NCBI GenBank assembly: GCA_965209155.1
Contig: OZ242383.1
Location: 3,360,001 to 3,424,000 of the forward strand
Direction of reading: 5' to 3'
Origin: a bacterium
GTDB taxonomy: Bacteria; SAR324; NAC60-12
DNA length: 64,000 bases
Position numbers and translations under genes: made by a program. Of this stretch, positions 30,940 to 41,321 are shown piece by piece (within the stretch, counting starts at the first letter, position 1; every line of letters begins with the position of its first letter). The notes under the pieces are model-generated. The model did not search any database and was not told where the DNA came from. It saw only the letters and a program-made list of their open reading frames with translations.

Positions 30940-31980
30940 ATGTCGAATGTTGGTTTTGTATTTACTGCCAGGGAGCGCGCAGAACTACAATCCTATGAAG
31001 ATCCACCCTTGCCAAGGCACCAAGTGCGAGGGCGTACCCTGACAACCCTCGTTAGTCTCGGGACGGAGACCGCTGTTTTCAAAGGAGAGCTTTCCAATAT
31101 TGAATATCCAATCCATCCGGGTTACGCATCCGTGTTCGAGGTGGAAGCATGTGGTTCGGAGGTCCAGGGAATCGAACCGGGGGACCGGCTTTTCTGCATG
31201 GGTCGTCACAGTAGCACCCAACAGCTCAATGCCCGGGCGACCCTGCCTGTTCCTCACGGCATGAGTGCGGAAACCGCGGTAATTGCCCGACTGATGGGGG
31301 TATCCATGACGACTTTGATGACGACTGCTGCCCGTCCCGGTGAACAGGTGGTCGTCTGTGGCACGGGTCCTGTCGGATATTTAGCAGCCCATATGTTTCG
31401 AATATCCGGTTATGAAGTGGTGGTGGTGGAACCCGATGCTCGACGCCGGCAAATGGCCGCTGCCAGGGGACTCACCCCGGCTTATGAAACGATGCCGTTG
31501 AATGACCCCAACATCGCGGGCAAGGTGGCTCTCGTACTCGACTGCTCCGGGCATGAACAAGCCGTGCTCGATGGTTGCAAAGTCGTTCGTATGCGTGGGG
31601 AAGTGGTCCTGGTGGCTACCCCTTGGCGGCGTCTCTCCGATATATATGCCCAAGAGTTGTTGCATGCCGTATTTCACCGCATCGTTATATTGCGGAGCGG
31701 GTGGGAACACGAAATACCGTTGTATTCCCACGAATATCCCGCGAACACACCGGCTCTGGAATTAGTGGAAGATCCGCATGCCCTTTACAACAACGCCCGC
31801 TTTGATATTTTTTCCGGTTTTATTACCGCATTGAAATGGCTGGAGCAAGGTAAGATTCCACTGGAGGGGGTCGTTCGCACCTTGACCCCCGAAACCCCAA
31901 ACGAATTGTATCACGCCATCTTGCAGCGGGAGTTCGAGGAGCTGCTGCTGGTCTTGGATTGGACTAAAATGGAAAACTAG
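30940..31980 (+). CDS. MDR-family (zinc-binding-type) dehydrogenase
   Basis: GTE, PGY and GTGPVG Rossmann motif. Confidence 0.75.
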   Translation: MSNVGFVFTARERAELQSYEDPPLPRHQVRGRTLTTLVSLGTETAVFKGELSNIEYPIHPGYASVFEVEACGSEVQGIEPGDRLFCMGRHSSTQQLNARATLPVPHGMSAETAVIARLMGVSMTTLMTTAARPGEQVVVCGTGPVGYLAAHMFRISGYEVVVVEPDARRRQMAAARGLTPAYETMPLNDPNIAGKVALVLDCSGHEQAVLDGCKVVRMRGEVVLVATPWRRLSDIYAQELLHAVFHRIVILRSGWEHEIPLYSHEYPANTPALELVEDPHALYNNARFDIFSGFITALKWLEQGKIPLEGVVRTLTPETPNELYHAILQREFEELLLVLDWTKMEN

Positions 31981-32129
31981 GGCTTGCTGAAATACATTGA
32001 TATAACATTTATCAATTCGATTGGTGTCATGAAGGGGGGTCCCTTTCTCAGTGGATAAATGAGTTGAGGGTACGGGTGATTCAGAGGGCCAGGGGACTCT
32101 CCGCACCCGGGATACGGCGCGCCGCCCGT

Positions 32130-32942
32130 TTAAAAATTAATACGATTGCGAATCTTATTGTTGCGGATGGCAACAGCTTTATCCGCTTTCCTCATGACAC
32201 CCGAGGGAGGAACCACCTTCTCAAAATGATCAAAAGTGTCTTCACCCGCCACCAAATGCACCACGCGCTTTTCGCCTGAAATCAATTTCATTTCAGGAGA
32301 AATGTAGCGAATTGCCAAACCAATACGTCGATCCGCAGACTGGTTTGCCGGGGAGGCATGAAACATTCTGCCATGGTGCAGGGACATTTCTCCCGACTGC
32401 AAAACAATGTCGACGATCTCCTCCTCCCGGACTTCTTGGATGAGCACCTGCCCCCGTGAAAGCATATTGTTGTCCTCGAAGGTATCATGATGTTCGCCAA
32501 TCTGCTTCCGGTGACTGCCTGGAACGAATTGCATGCACCCGCTTTGCGCAGTTGCGGGGGTTAATGCCACCCAAGCAGTGACTTCTGACAGATCATCCAA
32601 CCCCCAGTAGGTCAGATCCTGGTGCCAGCTCACAAAGTGGGGCGTGTGGGCCTCCTTGATGAAAAAAATCGTTTCAAAAACCAGGAGATTGGGCCCCAGG
32701 ATCGCTTGCACCGGTTCCAAGATGGTGGGCAGTCTGGTGATTTCGTCAACAAAAGGCAAAACTAAATCAGGAGATTTGTACAGCAACTGTTTTTCCTGGT
32801 CATCGTACTTTCCATTGATTTCTTCCGCTTCCAGCATCTTGCGATAAGCGAATGCCTCATCAATCGTCATCACTTTGATCGGGAAGTAGTACCCATCACG
32901 GGTGTAGTTCGTGAAGATGTCCTCGGCATTACTCATCTGCAA
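32130..32942 (-). CDS. Phytanoyl-CoA dioxygenase (PhyH) family Fe(II)/2OG enzyme
   Basis: WHQD, PGSH, distal H and RRIG motifs. Confidence 0.88.
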   Translation of the reverse strand: MQMSNAEDIFTNYTRDGYYFPIKVMTIDEAFAYRKMLEAEEINGKYDDQEKQLLYKSPDLVLPFVDEITRLPTILEPVQAILGPNLLVFETIFFIKEAHTPHFVSWHQDLTYWGLDDLSEVTAWVALTPATAQSGCMQFVPGSHRKQIGEHHDTFEDNNMLSRGQVLIQEVREEEIVDIVLQSGEMSLHHGRMFHASPANQSADRRIGLAIRYISPEMKLISGEKRVVHLVAGEDTFDHFEKVVPPSGVMRKADKAVAIRNNKIRNRINF

Positions 32943-32986
32943 TTTTGATCCTCGATAAAGTTTGGATTAATTGTCATCCCTGAAAA

Positions 32987-33535
32987 TCAATGCGCTGGTT
33001 TATACGGAAATGACGAGTGATGTACATTGATACGCAACTTCCCATTCGCATCCTTAAAATAGCCGAATGTGAACTCCACTTTGGCCTCTTTTCCGGTATT
33101 CGCGTCTGTAAAATAGTAATTTCCCATGGCGATTGCTGAGCCGCCATTAATGATAATTTCAGCGTTTTCGAATCGAACTTTACGCCACGGTTGGATAGCA
33201 AAACCGCGATCTTCTGGTACTTTGCCAGTCACAAAATAAGATATGGCCTCTTCTTTGGTCAATCGAAATTGCTTTTCCGAAGCCTTCGTGGGTTTAAACA
33301 GAACCCTACCTTCGTCGTAACCATAGAGTGTCTCAACGATTTTTTCAGCCAGTGCTTTATAGTCCTCTTTTCGCGTATAAGCCTTACCAATAGCGACAAT
33401 TGCCTCGCCCCAATTTTTTTGGGCCTCCAAGACATCTCTCTCGACAATACTATTATTTTTGGCAACACCCTTTGCACATCCCGTCGCTAAAACCGTACTG
33501 AGCGACATTGCCAATTTTACTGATTGAATCTTCAT
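32987..33535 (-). CDS. Iota-class carbonic anhydrase-like (COG4337) lipoprotein
   Basis: LFKPT, AMGNYYF, FTFGY and C-terminal HHSS.PY; lipobox-like LATGC. Confidence 0.7.
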   Translation of the reverse strand: MKIQSVKLAMSLSTVLATGCAKGVAKNNSIVERDVLEAQKNWGEAIVAIGKAYTRKEDYKALAEKIVETLYGYDEGRVLFKPTKASEKQFRLTKEEAISYFVTGKVPEDRGFAIQPWRKVRFENAEIIINGGSAIAMGNYYFTDANTGKEAKVEFTFGYFKDANGKLRINVHHSSFPYKPAH

Positions 33536-34184
33536 TTTTTACCTTCCTCTCACAATCGTAATTGATGTAGAATCCTCCCTTCTCATATTTGACCAACTGC
33601 GTGAACGGCAAAAAAAGTACTCTTTGCTGAGGTAAACACATTTAGCTCACCAGCCATTGACCAGCTTGACACATGGACCGACCGCACCGGGTCTGACATA
33701 GTGCGCCACCGACCGGGCGCAGACGCAGCATCCATGGCATTTGACTCCATTCAGGAAGCCAGAACTCGCAAAAAAATTTGAAAATGGGCGTAAAGAGAAT
33801 AGTGACAAGAGACCCTTTAGAATCTTCCCGTTCGGAATGACCCATCTATGAATGGGATACTGACCATAGTGACATTTACAATATATACGTTCAAATTAAT
33901 AAGTTCAAGTTTTGCGTGTCCCAGTCGTTTAAGCTTTTAAGAGTTCTATAATTGCTGAGTCTCGACTGAAGATACGTGCGTTAGGCGATCGAGGTTTGGC
34001 AGTTGGAGGGAGGTCTGGGTTGGGTTAAAAAATTTCTTCCAGTTCCCTATGCGAAAGGGAGAATTTTTTAAATTCCTGAATGAATTTATTGAAAAACATG
34101 ATATATACAGCACTTATAATACATTTATCCTTATATAATTTTTCCAGGTGGTTTTTCACAAACGGATACTTTGACAGGTAAATT

Positions 34185-35429
34185 ATGAGCGTACTCTATT
34201 GCAGAAACTGCGAATTTGAATTTGAATTGTTAAACTCACTCAACGGTTGTTTGAACTGCTTAAGGAAAGGAAGAAAGCATCCCCTTGAGATGAAATACAA
34301 TTTAAAAAAAATCGGCAAAAAATTTTTTAAAAAATCAGCAAAAAATAAACCGCATACAATTTGGAGATGGTCGGAGTTATTGCCGGAAACTGATAATAAA
34401 ATTACTTTAGGTGAAGGAAATACGCCACTGATAGAAAGTAAAAGTCTTGCAAGCAAATTAGAAATTGATAAATTTTATTTTAAATATGAAGGGAGTAATC
34501 CGACGGGTTCTTTTAAAGACAGGTTGAATGCGATTGCCTTCAGTAAAGGAAAAGATTTCAAAAAAAAACTCGCAACTGTGGCATCATCGGGAAATCAGGG
34601 AGTTTCCTTAGCTGCGTATTCGTATGCGGCCAATATGAAATCACTCATTTTTTGTCCTCCTTATGTTGAAGAAAAAACTATAAAAGAGTTGTTGCTGAGA
34701 AATTCCACACCTGTGATCCTGAGTGAATATGGCGACCCGGCTTTAAAAGTCGTGGAAAAATTAGTCAATAAATACGATTACTATGTTTCTGCAAGAAATT
34801 TTCCCAGACCCTTTGCAAACCCTTACGGACTGGAAGGATACAAAACGATATCATTCGAAATTTATGAACAATTGGCAGACATACCTGATAAATTTTTTGT
34901 TCCGACAGGGGGAGGAGATTCCATATATGGGGTGTGGAAGGGATTTCGGGAAATCTATCAAGCAGGAATTGTCGGAAAGCAGCCTAAAATGTATGCCTGT
35001 CAGACGAAATTAGGTGGGGATTCACTAGTAAAATCTTACCAGTCCAAATCTAAAAATGCAGCAATCGTCGATTCAGGGAACAGCAAGGCAATATCAATCC
35101 GAGGAAAGCAATCTGGCGACCATGGGTTATGGGCTATCAACGAGTCAAAAGGCGGAGCATACGCTATCAGTGAGAGAGAAATCGACGACGCCCTGCAAAT
35201 AATTGGAAATCATGGATTGTGTGTCGACCCCACTTGCGCAGTATCTCTGGCAGGAGTATTACATTGCAAAAAGGAAAAAAAATTAAAAAAATCTGATATC
35301 ATCGTATGCTTATTGACGGCTTCAGGGTTGAGATGGAATCAAAGTATGTCCCATCTTGATCGATTAGAAAAAACCGTTACTCAATTTGATCCTATAAATG
35401 GGAAATTATACGATTTACTGAAAAACTGA
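34185..35429 (+). CDS. Threonine synthase-like PLP enzyme (fold type II)
   Basis: N-terminal CxxC...CxxC, TLGEGNTPL, NPTGSFKDR and SSGNQG motifs. Confidence 0.85.
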   Translation: MSVLYCRNCEFEFELLNSLNGCLNCLRKGRKHPLEMKYNLKKIGKKFFKKSAKNKPHTIWRWSELLPETDNKITLGEGNTPLIESKSLASKLEIDKFYFKYEGSNPTGSFKDRLNAIAFSKGKDFKKKLATVASSGNQGVSLAAYSYAANMKSLIFCPPYVEEKTIKELLLRNSTPVILSEYGDPALKVVEKLVNKYDYYVSARNFPRPFANPYGLEGYKTISFEIYEQLADIPDKFFVPTGGGDSIYGVWKGFREIYQAGIVGKQPKMYACQTKLGGDSLVKSYQSKSKNAAIVDSGNSKAISIRGKQSGDHGLWAINESKGGAYAISEREIDDALQIIGNHGLCVDPTCAVSLAGVLHCKKEKKLKKSDIIVCLLTASGLRWNQSMSHLDRLEKTVTQFDPINGKLYDLLKN

Positions 35430-35445
35430 AATTCACAGGTTTAAT

Positions 35446-36474
35446 ATGGTTTTTAAAATTTCAAATATATCAGTTGAAAATGGAAAAAGGGTCAACGACA
35501 GACTGACGTTCGCAAAAAAACCCGATGGAGAAGCTCTTACCATTCCTTTATCAATCATTAACGGAATGCAATCAGGTCCTGTTTTATGTTTAAATACGGG
35601 CACACATGGAGATGAACCTGAAGGTACTATAGCAATTCTTGAAATATTGGAAGAAACAGATCCCTCGAATCTGTCCGGGGTATTGGTTGGCATACCTGCG
35701 TTGAATGTGTCTGCATTCACTTCAAAAGTATCCGTTGATGTTTCGGGAATCAGAGAAAATCCTTTAGATTGGAAAAATTTAGCTAGAATTTTCCCCGGGA
35801 ATCCTCAAGGAACAGTCACGGAGAGACTGGCAGATTTTGTAGTAAAAGAAATTTTGCCAAAGGTCGATTTTGTCTTGGACTTCCACTCTGGTGGCTCAAG
35901 GGGCACTTCCCATTTTATTGCGGGATTCGTCGGCGTAGACAACGAACTGGGGATAAAATCGATGGAACTTGCTGAAATGTTTCCGATAAAGACACTTTGG
36001 CGTATTTCACCATGGGCAAAATTTGCATCAACTTGCATTGACAACAATATTCCTATCTCGGTAATTGAAACAACCGGACAGGGAAGAGCCGATAAAAGAG
36101 ACGTGGATGTTCTTAAAATTGGAATCAGAAACGTAATGAAAAAATTAAAGATGTTGCCGGGAACAATCAGTGAACTCCCCCAAGAGAGGGAATGCATTGA
36201 CTCAGAAACCTATCTATATGCAAAAGTTGGTGGAATTTTAAGACCACATGTCATTACGGGAGATAAAGTAAAGAAAGGGGATATCATTGGAAGTGTCATT
36301 GATATTCATGGAGAAATTAATGAAAAAGTCATTTCACCACATGACGGTATTGTCACTGGAGTGAGAACCAAACCAGTGGCGTGGGCTGGTGAACCTTTAT
36401 TTTTAGTAGGGAAAATTATGAGTATCAATGATGCGTTCAAGCAGAGAGACGACAACTATATCACACCTCCCTGA
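35446..36474 (+). CDS. Succinylglutamate desuccinylase/aspartoacylase (M14) family deacylase
   Basis: HGDE, NLARIFPG, DFHSG and C-terminal biotinyl-like domain. Confidence 0.85.
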   Translation: MVFKISNISVENGKRVNDRLTFAKKPDGEALTIPLSIINGMQSGPVLCLNTGTHGDEPEGTIAILEILEETDPSNLSGVLVGIPALNVSAFTSKVSVDVSGIRENPLDWKNLARIFPGNPQGTVTERLADFVVKEILPKVDFVLDFHSGGSRGTSHFIAGFVGVDNELGIKSMELAEMFPIKTLWRISPWAKFASTCIDNNIPISVIETTGQGRADKRDVDVLKIGIRNVMKKLKMLPGTISELPQERECIDSETYLYAKVGGILRPHVITGDKVKKGDIIGSVIDIHGEINEKVISPHDGIVTGVRTKPVAWAGEPLFLVGKIMSINDAFKQRDDNYITPP

Positions 36475-36600
36475 TAGAAGTTTGCTGGTCTGAATTTAAT
36501 TTTTTAACTCAATTAAAGGAGGAAATAATGAAAGAGTAAAAAAGCAGAAGTCAATAATATGAGTGTTAATTTTTAAATTCAATCAAAAAGAGAGGATACG

Positions 36601-38106
36601 ATGAAAAAGATATATTCATTAATAACGTTTTTAATTTTAATAATTTTTTCTGTACACGCTCAATCCAAAGACACCTTAACAGTGGCTGGGCACGAAGCGA
36701 ATCTGACTTTAGATCCGATCGCAACGACCATGCGTACTGTGATAACTCATACACGTCCGTTGATGTTTGACTCATTGGTTAGTCGGGATGAAAATGGAAA
36801 TTTTACGCCTTCGCTTGCTACATCTTGGAGAACAATCGATGAATTAACCTGGGAGTTTTCATTGAGGGATGACGTGATGTTTCACAATGGCGAAAAGTTT
36901 GACGCGAAATCCGTGCAAACTACCTATGGAATATTGCTTGATCCCAAGAAAAGAAAATCTCAAGGATTTTTATGGGAAGGAATTGAAAAAATAGAAGTCA
37001 TTGACGACTATACAGTTAGATTTCATACCAAAAAACCCATGGGGACATTGCTTTCCAATTTATCAATTGGCGCTTTGGTTCCTCCTTCATATGACGCTGA
37101 TACATTTGGTACTAATCCGGTAGGAACGGGGCCTTATAAATTTGTTGAATGGGTGAGAGGCGATCATCTGACCGCTGAAGCGAATGAAGATTATTGGCGT
37201 GGCAAACCACATTTTAAGCAAGTAATCTGGTATCCCATGGCTGAAGAGTCCACTCGCGTTGCAACAGCCATGACAGGAGAAGTGGACATAATTTCTGTGA
37301 TCCCCACTCATATGGCCAATGTTTTGGAAGCAAACCCAAATGTCAACCTGATGTCGGTTACCAGTATCAACACTCCTCATCTTGCTTTGGGTGGTAAGGC
37401 GCGTAGTGGCCCAATTGGAGGGAATCCATTGGTACTGAAAGCAATTGCCCATGCAATTGACAGGGAAAGAATCGCCAAAGAAGCTTTCCGAGGCTTTGCA
37501 TGGCCGGCAAACTCCAGTCATTCGCCCGTAGTACTCGGTAATTGTCCAACAGATTTTGGTGAATACAATCCGGAGAAAGCAAAAGAACTTTTAGCAGAGG
37601 CCGGATATCCGGATGGCATTTCCGACTTAGATAGTTGGTATGTAAAAGGAGCCTATCCCAATATAGATGAAGTCGCAGTTCTCATCCATGATATGTTGAG
37701 GGAGATTGGTATCGATTTAAATATCAGAATTGCTCCGGATTGGGCTGTTGCGGGTCCATTATTAAATGGAGGTGATTTTAACGTTTGGTACGAAGCATGG
37801 AATAATTATGTCCTGGACGCGGATTTCTTTCTCAGTTTTAACTTCCATTCACTGGGACGTTATCGAGAAGGCTTCCAAAGATATCCGGTTTGGGAAGAAA
37901 TGGATCGATTGATAGAGGAAGCAAGATTCAATCATGATCAAGACAAAAGAAGAGAAATATACTGCAAAACTGAAGAATTAATCAGTCAATATCCTGCCAG
38001 GTTACCTTTGGTCCATTACCAGGAACTGTATGCAGTCAGTGCCGCAGTGAATGGTTTTAAGCCGAAAATCGATGGTTCTATTGATTATTTGGCCATTTCA
38101 AAATAG
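36601..38106 (+). CDS. ABC transporter substrate-binding protein, family 5 (Opp/Dpp-like)
   Basis: Signal peptide; LRDDVMFHNG and PVGTGPYKF motifs. Confidence 0.92.
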   Translation: MKKIYSLITFLILIIFSVHAQSKDTLTVAGHEANLTLDPIATTMRTVITHTRPLMFDSLVSRDENGNFTPSLATSWRTIDELTWEFSLRDDVMFHNGEKFDAKSVQTTYGILLDPKKRKSQGFLWEGIEKIEVIDDYTVRFHTKKPMGTLLSNLSIGALVPPSYDADTFGTNPVGTGPYKFVEWVRGDHLTAEANEDYWRGKPHFKQVIWYPMAEESTRVATAMTGEVDIISVIPTHMANVLEANPNVNLMSVTSINTPHLALGGKARSGPIGGNPLVLKAIAHAIDRERIAKEAFRGFAWPANSSHSPVVLGNCPTDFGEYNPEKAKELLAEAGYPDGISDLDSWYVKGAYPNIDEVAVLIHDMLREIGIDLNIRIAPDWAVAGPLLNGGDFNVWYEAWNNYVLDADFFLSFNFHSLGRYREGFQRYPVWEEMDRLIEEARFNHDQDKRREIYCKTEELISQYPARLPLVHYQELYAVSAAVNGFKPKIDGSIDYLAISK

Positions 38107-38114
38107 TCCATTTT

Positions 38115-38145
38115 GGAGGGAGCGGGGGTTCCCTCCTCCTTTTTT
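38115..38145 (+). terminator. Candidate intrinsic terminator or stabilising hairpin after the SBP gene
   Basis: GGAGGGA...TCCCTCC stem followed by a T-run. Confidence 0.5.
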
Positions 38146-38156
38146 CAGAGTCAAAT

Positions 38157-39152
38157 ATGAATCGTTGCAAAGTGGCGCTGGTAGGTGCTGGAAAATGGGG
38201 ATCAGCTTACGCGGATATTCTGATTCAGTGCCATCATGCAGAATTAGTCGGGATATCGGACCTGAATCAAAATAATTCAAAACCTTTAGCCGAAAAGCAT
38301 AAGGTGAGGGCTTATTTGAATTACAAAGAAATGCTGGATAAAGAGAAACCAGAAGCAGTCTTTGTTTGCACGGCAGATTGGGAACATCTGGAGCCTTGCC
38401 TGGAAATTATTGAGAGGAATATCCATCTATTCGTAGAAAAACCATTAGCAATGAATGTTCGCGATGCAAAACAAATTGTGAACGCCGCCTATTCCAAAAA
38501 AATAATATTTACCGTGGGACATATTCTGCGATTTGATCCCAGGTACTATAAAATTTACGAACTGGTGAAAAGCGGGGAATTGGGAAGAATTCTACATATA
38601 TTTTGTAGAAGGAATGATCTTGTCAAAACACCTAAACATTATCGCGGAAAAACAGACCCGATATTTCAACTTGCAATCCATGATATCGACATCATTAAAT
38701 GGCTTGGAGGAAAAATTTCCAGAGTTTATTCAGAAGCTGTTAATGTCTTTCTGAAGGACCTCTCCACAATAGATGGTATTTCAGTTTTAATGAAATTAGA
38801 ATCTGGCGCAACGGCAATTATTGAAAGTCTATGGGTTCTACCTGAAAGTAGGGGAAAATCAACTGCATGTCTTGAAATTACAGGCACAAAAGGTGTTGCA
38901 TTTCTGGACGACTATGATCGTAAAATTTCAGTATACGATTCTCAAGGTGTCACCTACCCGGACAGCATGATGAAACCTCACATTTGGGGCAAACCAACAG
39001 GCGTGCTCAAAGAAGAATTGTCCTATTTTCTGGATTGTATCATCCATGACGAAACTCCCATCGTAAGCGGGGATGAGGCTTTAGAAACAATCAAAGTGGC
39101 CGTTGCAATCAAACGTTCATCTGAAAGCGGTGAGATAGTCAGTTTTAACTAA
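38157..39152 (+). CDS. Gfo/Idh/MocA family oxidoreductase
   Basis: GAGKWG, VEKPLA and IHDID motifs. Confidence 0.9.
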   Translation: MNRCKVALVGAGKWGSAYADILIQCHHAELVGISDLNQNNSKPLAEKHKVRAYLNYKEMLDKEKPEAVFVCTADWEHLEPCLEIIERNIHLFVEKPLAMNVRDAKQIVNAAYSKKIIFTVGHILRFDPRYYKIYELVKSGELGRILHIFCRRNDLVKTPKHYRGKTDPIFQLAIHDIDIIKWLGGKISRVYSEAVNVFLKDLSTIDGISVLMKLESGATAIIESLWVLPESRGKSTACLEITGTKGVAFLDDYDRKISVYDSQGVTYPDSMMKPHIWGKPTGVLKEELSYFLDCIIHDETPIVSGDEALETIKVAVAIKRSSESGEIVSFN

Positions 39153-39272
39153 ACCCTGAGGCTGTCCAATCTTTTGGGAGCCAGATCACACCATTTTACA
39201 AGGGATTCTATTCAATCTTCGGAGGAAAGGTGGTCAGTCACACCATACCCTCACATCCAAATTTAAATCAAC

Positions 39273-40193
39273 ATGATTCAATATATATTTCGTCGTTTTA
39301 TTCAAGTCATTATAACAGTTTGGATTATCGCAACAATTACATTTCTGGCAATTCGACTTGCCCCTGGAGATCCTGCAACTGTAATGATTGGACAAACCGG
39401 TACCGTATATGAGTATGAATCCGTATCAAAACAATTGGGTCTCGACCGGCCCTTGTATGTTCAATACTTCGAATATATGAAAGGGATCATCATTGGTGAT
39501 TTGGGAGATTCAATGTACTTCAAAAAATCAATAATCTCCATGATATGGCAGCAGCTACCTCCCACAATTATTATAACAGTGATGGCAATTTTCATGACTG
39601 TCGTATTCGGAATTCCTTTGGGAATTGTTTCAGTGATCTACAAAAATTCAGTTTTGGATTTATTGATCAGGTTTACAACATATACCGGTCAGGCTTTTGC
39701 CGAATTTTGGTTGGGAATCATGCTGATTCTATTATTTTCAGTTAAATTACGCATTTTTCCCAGTTTTGGGAGCGGAACAATTTATCATACGATTTTGCCA
39801 TCTGCGGCACTGGCTATTCCATTGATATCCAGAATAGTGAGGTTTACCAGGTCAGGATTAATGGAAATATTGGAACAAGATTTTATCAGAACTGCAAGAA
39901 GCAAGGGGCTTCATGAATCAATTATCATTTACAAACATGCCTTTTCCAACACGTTGATTCCAATCGTAACGGATATAGGATTGCGATTTGGCTGGTTGTT
40001 GGGGGGGGCCGTGGTGGTTGAAGCCGTTTTTAAATGGCCGGGGTTAGGGAGTTTATTGGTACAAGCAGTCCATGCGAGAGATTACTATTTGATTCAAGGA
40101 GTCGTCTTTGTATTCGCAACGTTATTTTTATTTGTAAATTTACTGATCGACTTAATTTATACATATTTAGATCCACGAATTACCTATGATTGA
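39273..40193 (+). CDS. ABC transporter permease (DppB-like)
   Basis: PGDP, TARSKG and EAVFKWPGLG motifs. Confidence 0.92.
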   Translation: MIQYIFRRFIQVIITVWIIATITFLAIRLAPGDPATVMIGQTGTVYEYESVSKQLGLDRPLYVQYFEYMKGIIIGDLGDSMYFKKSIISMIWQQLPPTIIITVMAIFMTVVFGIPLGIVSVIYKNSVLDLLIRFTTYTGQAFAEFWLGIMLILLFSVKLRIFPSFGSGTIYHTILPSAALAIPLISRIVRFTRSGLMEILEQDFIRTARSKGLHESIIIYKHAFSNTLIPIVTDIGLRFGWLLGGAVVVEAVFKWPGLGSLLVQAVHARDYYLIQGVVFVFATLFLFVNLLIDLIYTYLDPRITYD

Positions 40194-40307
40194 AATAGTC
40201 AGCGCAAATACAATTCGATTAATTGGTACCAAAATATGGTTCAATAAATAAAGAATTGAAGTTCTTTTCTACCAATTACTTTAAAACCAAAAAAGTCTTT
40301 TAAGATC

Positions 40308-41159
40308 ATGATTAAGATTATTGCTACGATTATATCGATTCGATCACTATTTATCGGTGTCGTATTGAGTCTGCTCGTAATAATCGTAATCGTCTTTGGT
40401 CCTTTTATTTATGAGGTAGACCCCACAAAGTTGAATTCTGATAGCATTCTCGTGCCCCCCTTCACCTCGCTGAATCAAATTTTTGGAACCGACCATTTAG
40501 GAAGAGATATTTTTTCAAGATTGATCCATGGTGGCAAAATCACTTTGTTTATCGCATGGACCTCATCTTTAGGAGGCGCAATAGTTGGTACAATTTTTGG
40601 AATTATTTCAGGATTTTATGGGAAATTACTGGACAACGTCATCATGAGAATCATCGAGTCCATCATGACTTTCCCCTTTATAATAATCGCATTGTTGCTG
40701 GCAAGTTTATTTGTTCCGGGAGTGACGACATTAATTATCGTTTTCACAATTGTCGGCTCTCCAATTTTTGCCAAAGTGATCAGGGGAGTGGCCATTGCCA
40801 TTAAAAACGAAGAATACGTACTGGCAGCTAAATCATTAGGTGCCAATGATTTCCGCATTATGTTTTTTCATTTGTTACCCAATATCATTCCCCAAATTTT
40901 AATAATCACTACATTACAAATTTCACGAATTATATTTGCTGAAGCAGGGTTGAGTTTTATTGGTGTTGGTGTTCAACCGCCATATCCTTCATGGGGAAGT
41001 ATGCTGGCCGATGGTCGAACCTATATGGCGATTTCATGGTGGTTACCATTTTTACCTGGACTTGCCTTGGTGATTACGATTCTTGGAGCAAATTTCTTGG
41101 GAGATGGACTACAAGAATTGTTGGACCCCAAGAGAAAATCAAAAATCATCTTGAATTAA
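40308..41159 (+). CDS. ABC transporter permease (DppC-like)
   Basis: GTDHLGRD, EAGLSFIG and SWG motifs. Confidence 0.92.
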   Translation: MIKIIATIISIRSLFIGVVLSLLVIIVIVFGPFIYEVDPTKLNSDSILVPPFTSLNQIFGTDHLGRDIFSRLIHGGKITLFIAWTSSLGGAIVGTIFGIISGFYGKLLDNVIMRIIESIMTFPFIIIALLLASLFVPGVTTLIIVFTIVGSPIFAKVIRGVAIAIKNEEYVLAAKSLGANDFRIMFFHLLPNIIPQILIITTLQISRIIFAEAGLSFIGVGVQPPYPSWGSMLADGRTYMAISWWLPFLPGLALVITILGANFLGDGLQELLDPKRKSKIILN

Positions 41160-41321
41160 TACAATGTACAAGACTTTTAAATTTAATCCCCCTCAAGAAT
41201 TTTTGATTCACCTGAGGTCTTCCTCCTTTCATTAAGAAAATACTCGTCGGTTTTCATACCAATTGTTATTGAAAAATTACCCAAAAAATCAAAGAATTAA
41301 ATTATTTACAATTATCCGAAA

